Source: Eledone cirrhosa (lineage: Eukaryota). From it: a stretch of 64,000 bases of DNA. Positions within the stretch are counted from its first letter, which is position 1; each line of letters opens with the position of its first letter. The translations under genes were made by a program, and so were the position numbers. The stretch covers positions 43,648,001 through 43,712,000 of the forward strand of contig OZ024749.1 in the NCBI GenBank assembly GCA_964016885.1, given 5' to 3'. Below the pieces are notes generated by a model. That model had not been told where the DNA came from. It saw nothing but the letters and a program-made list of their open reading frames with translations, and made no database searches. Positions 54,959-64,000 of the stretch are shown piece after piece.

Positions 54959-55366
54959 TATTTGTGCGTGCGTAGATATCAAAAAGAGAAAGAAAAAAAA
55001 GAAAGAAAGAACGAAAGAACGAAAGAACGAAAGAACGAAAATTCCCCAAATAACTCAATTCATGTAGAAGACTTTATTCATGTTTATTCATATATTCGAA
55101 TCTAAGGCTACACCTCATCTCTCTACTTCGTGTCCCTAGTTTCCGTTTCTTGTGGCGACCGTGAGGAAGGGAAACGAGAACCTAAGCTCCAGGGACTTCT
55201 AACAATATTCCTGCAAACGCATAAACTTATTCAACATTCAAAATACGAAAGTTTAGCGGCAAAATAGTTTGTAATGCAGCGATTCCATAGCTTGCCGCTG
55301 GTTAAACAAGCTCGCACCATAATCTTTACGTGCTCTGCTATGTAGGTGATAGTGTAAACGTGTATG

Positions 55367-55519
55367 ATAATTGTTACTACTATTGGCACAAGGCCAGCAA
55401 ATATCCAGTACATTACTGGTACTTTATTTTATCGACCCCGTAAGGATGAAAGGCAAAGTTAACCTCGGCGGGATTTGAACTCAGAATGGCAAGGGCTGTA
55501 ACTCTATGCGTCAAAGCAT
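55367..55519 (-). mobile_element. 5'-truncated Meta-like SINE
   Basis: Nearly identical to the copies at 26258-26693. Confidence 0.9.
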
Positions 55520-55528
55520 ATGATAATA

Positions 55529-55612
55529 TACGAGAGTCGAGTGAAAAGTTCATAGGCTGACCAAGATACTCTCATGGAATCTGATCAAATGAAGTTTATT
55601 TTCCAACATAAG
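55529..55612 (+). mobile_element. Mariner-like terminal fragment
   Basis: TA-CGAGAGTCGAGTGAAAAGTTCATAGGCTGAC resembles mariner TIR starts (TA-CGAGGG..TGAAAAGT). Confidence 0.55.
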
Positions 55613-55701
55613 TATACATACAGACATATATATCTATATGCTATATATACATACGCACATATTTATACATACACACATATATATATACTTACACATACAC
55701 T

Positions 55702-55743
<42 letters not shown>

Positions 55744-55858
55744 TACACACACATATATATATACTTACACACACACTCACACATATATATATACACACAC
55801 ATACACACACATATATATACACACATACGCACATATATATACACATACACACACACAC

Positions 55859-55890
<32 letters not shown>

Positions 55891-56164
55891 ACATACACAC
55901 ATAAATAAATACATACACACACACACACATATATATATATACATACACACGCACAGAGACAGAGAGAGAGAGAGAGAGAGACAACGAGAAATGGGGTGAG
56001 AGAGTGAGAGAAAGAAACACATATACACACGTGAGTGCATGCGTGTACCTATTGCGAGTGTGTGTGTGTGTGCGTGTGTGTGTGTGTGTGTGTTTGAGTG
56101 TGTGTATGTGTGTGTGTTTGAGTGTGTGTGTGTGTGTGTGTGTATTATGTGTGTGTGTGTTTGA

Positions 56165-56195
<31 letters not shown>

Positions 56196-56233
56196 AGTGT
56201 GTGTGTGTGTGTGTATTATGTGTGTGTGTGTTT

Positions 56234-56344
<111 letters not shown>

Positions 56345-57189
56345 GGAACATACAGGCAGAGTGACAGATAGACAGCTAGGTAGTATACCAAATAGTTATG
56401 ATCGAACGCATTTCTTAGATGTCTTAAAATTCGATGCCAGTAACAGTAAATGTATCCTAAAAGGTCAAAAGGTGCCATTTCTACTGTCGAATCTATATAC
56501 TATAATAATATATATACAGTTGCTCAGGTCGCTTGACTATAGCATTTTATTGGTCCCCCTGTTGCACTTTCGAGTTCTGATTCTAAATAGTCTAAAGACA
56601 TGGAGTTGTTCTTCGATAAGCCAGCAGGTTTACTTATCTGACAAGATGATGACCATCAATAAAGAATTACTAACAAATTTAAGTGCTTTTAGTAGAATGG
56701 AAATGTAATTTAGTTTTGATTCTAAAACGAAACTTAACGGCCATTTTATCAAATAATCGAAAGTTTTATACTGGAGGATTTAATAGATTTCACAATTAGC
56801 TTCTCTCTGAGGAGAAAAATGGCGAACGCCGAAAACTGCGGCCATTGAATTGACCGGTAAGTAATAAAAATAAGAGGCCGTTATGTCTAGTGAGTTAGAG
56901 ATAGGTGGGTGGGTGGCTTGGAAGAGTAGGAGAATGGTGGAGAGGTGGACAGTTAGGACAAAGGAGAAAAGAAAGGGAAGATGGAAATAATGAATTAATG
57001 GACTGTATAGAGAAATAGGAATAACTGCTTACAAAGAAAATAAGAAAATAAGAAGAAATAAAAGATAGACATGGAAAACGGGAAGACAGAAAAACGGGAA
57101 GACAGAAAAACACAGACAGACAGACAGAGAGAGAAACAAACAGACAGACAGACAGAGAGACAGACAAACAGACAGACAAACAGACAGAG

Positions 57190-57220
<31 letters not shown>

Positions 57221-57538
57221 GAGACAGACAAACAGACAAAGAGACAGACAAACAAACAGACAGACAGAGAGACAGACAAACAGACAGACAGACATAAAGA
57301 CAGACAGAGAGACAGGCAGACATAGAGACAGATAAACAGAGAGACAGACAGAGAGAGAGACAGAGAGAGGAGAGAGACAGAGAGACAGAGAGACAGAAAA
57401 ACAGACAGACAGACAGATAGAGAGATAGACAGACAGACAGACACAGAGAGAGAGAGGCAAAGAGACAGAGAGACAGATAGATAGCGAGACAGACAGACAG
57501 ACAGACAGAGAGACAGACAGAGAGACAGAGAGACAGAT

Positions 57539-57569
<31 letters not shown>

Positions 57570-57582
57570 GAGACAGAGAGAC

Positions 57583-57643
<61 letters not shown>

Positions 57644-57732
57644 AGGTGAGTTTTATTGTAGCACAATAAAGCAATGTTGATTTAAAACTTCACTATTCAC
57701 AAGTGTTTTTTAAGCTTCATATCATGTATCCC

Positions 57733-57803
57733 TATTTTATCTGATGAAAACGCAGATATCATCCCATGATGATATTTGTTTTTGAAATGCGCATAGTAAA
57801 ATA
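57733..57803 (+). ncRNA. Minimal type I hammerhead ribozyme motif (family A), best-formed copy
   Basis: TATTTTAT-CTGATGA-AAACGCAGATATCATC.CCAT.GATGATATTTGTTTTT-GAAA-TGCGCA-TA-GTAAAATA; 15 of 16 stem II positions pair, counting G-U. Confidence 0.85.
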
Positions 57804-57833
57804 CTTGGAACTCTTTTAACCATCTTTTGATCT

Positions 57834-57898
<65 letters not shown>

Positions 57899-57962
57899 TG
57901 TATATTTATATACACACTGGTAGACACACACCCTCATCATTCGATCATTAATTATACACCAC

Positions 57963-58080
57963 AGTTCAAATCCCGCCGAGGTTCACTTTGCCTTTCATCC
58001 TTACGGGGGTCGATAAAATAAAGTACCAGTAATGCACTGGGTAATTGCTGGCCTTGTGCCAAAAAGTAGAAACAATTAAT
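57963..58080 (+). mobile_element. 5'-truncated Meta-like SINE with a perfect 20-bp flanking duplication
   Basis: ATTAATTATACACCACAGTT at 57947-57966 and 58075-58094. Confidence 0.9.
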
Positions 58081-58114
58081 TATACACCACAGTTGTTACC
58101 ATCATTGCTACTAC

Positions 58115-58181
<67 letters not shown>

Positions 58182-58357
58182 GAAACAGTCTAATGGAAAA
58201 TTGTAAAGACTGTCGTTTATAAAGTCATAAAAACTTCCACAAATAAATCCACAGGTTTAACTTGATTCGTCTGTAGTATTGTATATATTACATCTCTTAT
58301 CTTCTCCTCAGCTTCTCTCATCTCATTCATCCACAAAAACATCCACTCCTGCTAGTA

Positions 58358-58790
58358 CCACCACCTCCACCACCACCACCACTACAACCACGACCGTGCC
58401 ACCACCACCACCACGACCGTACCACCACCACTACAACCACGACCACCACCACCACCACCACCACGACCGTACCACCACCACTACAACCACGACCGTGCCA
58501 CCACCACCACCACGACTGTACCACCACCACCACCACGACCGTGCCACCACCACCACCACGACCGTACCACCACCACCACCACCACGACCGTACCACCACC
58601 ACCACCACCACGACCGTACCACCACCACCACCACCACGACCGTACCACCACCACGACCACGACCGTATCACCACCACCACCATGAGTCCCATCACCATCA
58701 CCGTCACCACCGTCACCACCACGACTATCACCACTACCCCCACCACCACCACCCCCACCACCACCATCACCACTACCACCACCGTCGTCA
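58358..58790. repeat. (CAC)n-based minisatellite with CACGACCGTAC anchors
   Basis: Read directly from the sequence. Confidence 0.9.
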
Positions 58791-59093
58791 ACACCTTGTG
58801 TCATATATTTAGCCAGTAATACTGGTCTCTATCTCTAACATCAACCAGTCTCTCACTAATCCGACAAAGAGATCCGGGGAACACGTATTTCCTAAGCTTT
58901 TAGGAGACAGCAAATATATGGAGGAATATTAACACCCAATATATGTAGTTTGTTGAGAGAGGGAGGGTAGAGAGAGAGGGGGGTGAGACAGACAAACAGA
59001 CAGACAGAGAGACAGCGAGAGCCAGAGAGAGAGAGATAGCGAGAGACAGAGTGTGAGACAGAGAGATAGAGAGAGAAAGACAGATACAGAGAT

Positions 59094-59150
<57 letters not shown>

Positions 59151-60449
59151 GAGAGAGAGACAGAGAGAGAGAAAGAGAGAGAGAGACAGAGAGACAGAGA
59201 AACAGATAAAGTGACACAGACGGAGAGCGAGAGCGCGAGAGAGGGCAAAACAGAGCGAGAGCGAGGGAGAGAGACGGTGGAGAAGAGTTGCAATATGTAA
59301 ATCCTACTTAATCCCAGATAGATGTTACTACTTGTGATCGATACACGTTCGATTTCACCCGATAAATATGCACAATAAAGCAGAAATGTGTGTGATTCAC
59401 CAGGTCTGTATTAAAGCTATTTTTCAAGTTTTCTATTCATCAATTGTGAATATAATATAAAGAATATAAAGAATTATATTAATCTGTCAGAAACTAAATA
59501 ACTGCGTTGCTATTTAAAGCAAGATTCTCTCACCTCGGGAGCAACGATTCGTGCTCGCTGCCATTTGAAATTTGATAGAAACTGTTATAAAAGATGGAAA
59601 ATGAAAGAAAATTCGAGAAAAAGTTATTCTCCTTAGCTCAGGTTTCTTATAAAACGACGCGTGTAAGTTCGTAAGATGGTGAATTTTAAAGCTTAATAAC
59701 TATTTGACTTTTAACACTGGACATTAAAACTCGTGAATACGCTGCGGTTGTCGTGCTATATTAGTAGAATTATCCAGCAGTGGAATCCCACGAAATACTG
59801 GATTTACTTCCATCTTGAATCGATTCTGAAAAGGGGAGATAATTGGCCTACCTCCTGATAGGTCTTTAGTTCTAATCTACTAGTAGTGTTTCATTGTGTT
59901 ACTTGACATAAACATGTAATTCTCCCCCACCACACACACACACGATCATAGTTCACCTAACTGTCGTGATTACGTGCCATATCATATGAAAATGTCACAA
60001 ACAAAACACTGGTGATGCATCCATACAGAGTTTTGTCAACAGAGCTGCTTTATGCAATGAAACTGAAGCTTTACATCATCTATCGAAAACCTTTGGAGAC
60101 ATGGAAAGATATCGTTGTATTCATCTATTCGCTTATTGTTTTTTTTTTATCACATATCAATTTCTTTGAGAAACAAAAGAGATGAGTCTATTTCTCATTT
60201 CACAGCCAGTATATATACCTTCAGATACTATCTAATTAAAGAGCATCTAAACAGCTACTATGCATGCCAGAAATAGCAGGCAAATTACTCCATCAAGTCA
60301 CAGAAAGAGAACAGCGCTCCTGTGAAACAGTAATGCTATTTTGAGAAACTGTTTACACACACATTATATATACATATATATATATATATATATACATATA
60401 TATATACATATATATATACATATATATACATATATATATATATATATAC

Positions 60450-60900
<451 letters not shown>

Positions 60901-60903
60901 CCG

Positions 60904-60989
60904 TTGCTCGCATCAACCGGAGGTATATGGTCTTTAAAGCGATGAAATGCCTATGATGGTTGGAAGATCACTGATGAAGGACAAACTTT

Positions 60990-60997
<8 letters not shown>
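60904..60997 (+). mobile_element. TA-flanked fragment of the 31912 family
   Basis: TTGCTCGC..GAGGTATATG..TTTAAAGCGATGAAAT..GTTGGAAGATCACTGATGAAGGAC matches the reverse complement of 31960-32050. Confidence 0.65.
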
Positions 60998-61028
<31 letters not shown>

Positions 61029-61313
61029 AAAAAATAAAAATGATTTGGTCTCAACAGTTCGACTGCCTACCAGCTGTTTTTTTTTAGGCTGGAAAAGGTT
61101 AAGTTTGTGAGCAAATGAAAGCGAAACAAAAATATCCAGCTGCAAGATATTCAGATAAACACTTCACATTTACAAGATCAGAGATATCTCGTTTCGCACT
61201 GACTGTTCCTGTTTATATTAGCAAGAAAAACAAAGGAACATATTCTTTAATGACTCTCTGTGTGTGTATGTGTGTATATATATATATATATATTATACAT
61301 TCTTTAATGACTC

Positions 61314-61381
<68 letters not shown>

Positions 61382-61430
61382 TACAGTCATTAAAGAATGT
61401 ATGTATATATATACACATACAGTCGTTAAA

Positions 61431-61496
<66 letters not shown>

Positions 61497-61533
61497 GTGT
61501 GTGTGGGTGTATATATATGTATATATATATATA

Positions 61534-61608
<75 letters not shown>

Positions 61609-61659
61609 GTATATGTATGTATATATATGTGTATAAATATATGTGTGTGTGTGTCTATA

Positions 61660-61800
<141 letters not shown>

Positions 61801-62038
61801 GTATATATATGTATATATATATGTGTGTGTGTATATATATGTATATATATATATATATAGATATATATATATATACAGTAGGATATTAGGGGACGAGGAC
61901 AATGTTTAATCTACGCCCTATATCAGTAATCAAATCTGTTTCTCTGACGACGTAACCTTGCAATTACCTGGTAGCAATTAATACATACATAGAAAAAGAT
62001 AAATTCCCAGAGTGTATATATACATATATGTGTGTGTA

Positions 62039-62097
<59 letters not shown>

Positions 62098-63389
62098 ACA
62101 TCTATATATATATAAGTACATACACACATGCATACATACATACACACATACACACATATATGTATACATAAACACATTTACATATATACATATATGTATA
62201 TATATGTACACATTTACATATATACATATACATACACACATATATGTATGTGTATATGTATGTGCGTATGTAGATGTAAACACATCTACATACACACATA
62301 CATACATACATATATGTCTATAAGTATACATAAACGCATCTACATACATAGATACATACACGCATACATGCATACACACATACGTACATACACACACACA
62401 TACATACACACATGTTTATATATATATATATATATATAAACACATCTACGTACATACACACATGTTTATATATATATATATATATATATATAAACACATC
62501 TACATACATACACACATGTGTATATATGTGCATATATATATACACACATACATCATACATAAATGTATACATACACCGTTGTATTTGTTTTGATCATGTA
62601 GATAGGAGCGCTAAAGACACGCCTTTTCAAATTTAGTTTTGTTTCTGTTGCTTGTTTATTATTTTTCCTGTGTTAAATTACCTTTATAATAACAATATCT
62701 ACCTGTTCTCTCTTTTTTTTTGTTTTGTTCCTTTACTTTTGTCGCCATTTAGCTGGAGAATTTTTGTATCTTTTTTCAAGTCTTATCTTTTCTTTCACGT
62801 CTTCGTTTCCTGTTTTTTTTATTACTGCCAATTTAAGTTTCTAGTATATTTTCTTTGTTAAATCTGTTTATCATCCTCTCTTTCTTCTTATAACGAAACA
62901 CCTTTCTATTCAGTTACTAAATCAACATATTCTACATTATCTGGGCGTAGAAAAAAACACAAAAACAAGACTGTGCGTTTTCTTGAGAGAAACTTGCAAA
63001 TCTGATAAAAAAAATAAAAAAAAAAGATCAGCATTTCAAGTCAATTTAGAAACCTTCAGTTTCAGTGTGGATAGAACCACACATTCTCTCTCAATTAGAC
63101 TATATGTGTACCCTTAGGAATAGGTAATTTTTCGAAAGTTACAATCTTGCTGCTCCCACCATCTAATCCTGTTCGAATTAACAAAGTCACGGGATTTACA
63201 AAATTTTAGCTCAATCACACAACCGCTAAGCGACCCTCAAACGCCTTGAAGTTAGAACATAATATACGCAATAATTAATTTTGTTCTTTTGTTCTTTTGA
63301 TCCTGGTTACAGAAGTTGATTTTTTTCACCTTTGTCTGCTTCCAGCATAACTTGAGCAATATTTGCCTTAACCTCTCCATGCTCTCCGT

Positions 63390-63645
63390 TTATTCTTGCT
63401 CTTCTTGCTCTCCTTTTCTCATAGGTCTCCTTTTTTCATTGCTCTCCTTTTATCCTTGCCCTCCTTGCTCTCCTTTTATCCTGCTCTCCTTGTTCTCCTT
63501 TTATCCTTACTCTCCTTTTCTCATAGCTCTCCTTTTATCATTGCTCTCCTTTTCTCATTGCTCTCCTTTTATCGTTGTTCTCCTTGCTCTCCTTTTCTCA
63601 TTGCTCTCCTTTTATCCTTACTCTCCTTTTATCCTTGCTCTCCCC
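63390..63645. repeat. Pyrimidine-rich repeat of (TTGCTCTCC)(TTTTATC/TTTTCTC) modules
   Basis: Read directly from the sequence. Confidence 0.85.
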
Positions 63646-63980
63646 ATTATATTATCCTTCTAATATCAAGAATAAGTCTGAACAAGTTTTTAATTTAAGA
63701 GAAAATTATATAAGAGATAAAAAGTTTTATCTGAAAAAATAACTTTCCGGGCGAAAGCTTCAAAATTTCACGGTCGATGAGGGTGGCCATGCTGTTGTCC
63801 GCCTGATCTAAATGTTTGCATAGATTCGTGTTTTGTTAATTGAAATAAGATAGGTCGTTTAGAAACTTGATAGGTCGTTTAGAAAGTTGAAAAATAAGGG
63901 CCACCCTAGAGTGTATGTATGTATATGTGTATGTCTGCGTGTGAATATGTATATATGCAGGTATGTGATGCGTGTGTGCG

Positions 63981-64000
63981 TACGAGACTCGGCTGAAAAT
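63981..64000 (+). mobile_element. Possible start of a mariner-like TIR at the window edge
   Basis: TA-CGAGACTCGGCTGAAAA is similar to 55529 and 36830; only 20 bp are visible. Confidence 0.35.

Overview
AT-rich, microsatellite-saturated eukaryotic non-coding DNA (intron or intergenic). The repeat content (tRNA-derived SINEs with Meta-like and CORE-like domains, RTE/CR1/RLE LINE relics, mariner ends, (TA)n/(CA)n/(GA)n tracts) looks like a coleoid cephalopod, probably an octopus; this is inference. I found no credible host protein-coding gene. Nearly all ORFs in the track are translations of simple repeats, and the few real coding remnants are decayed retrotransposon ORFs. The main finding is a set of short elements, mostly lying between (TA)n tracts, that carry minimal type I hammerhead ribozyme (HHR) motifs. 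Five diverged copies (2465, 13078, 45195, 45377, 57733) keep the full core (stem I - CUGANGA - stem II - GAAA - 6-nt palindrome - UA - stem I'). Their stem III palindromes covary (TATATA/TACGTA/TGCGCA), and all five have an unpaired C at position 4 of otherwise unrelated stem II helices. Other HHR-bearing or half-HHR families sit in fold-back inverted repeats. This architecture matches the termini of Penelope-like retroelements, but no autonomous partner ORF is in the window. Coordinates of degraded repeats were read by eye and are approximate.
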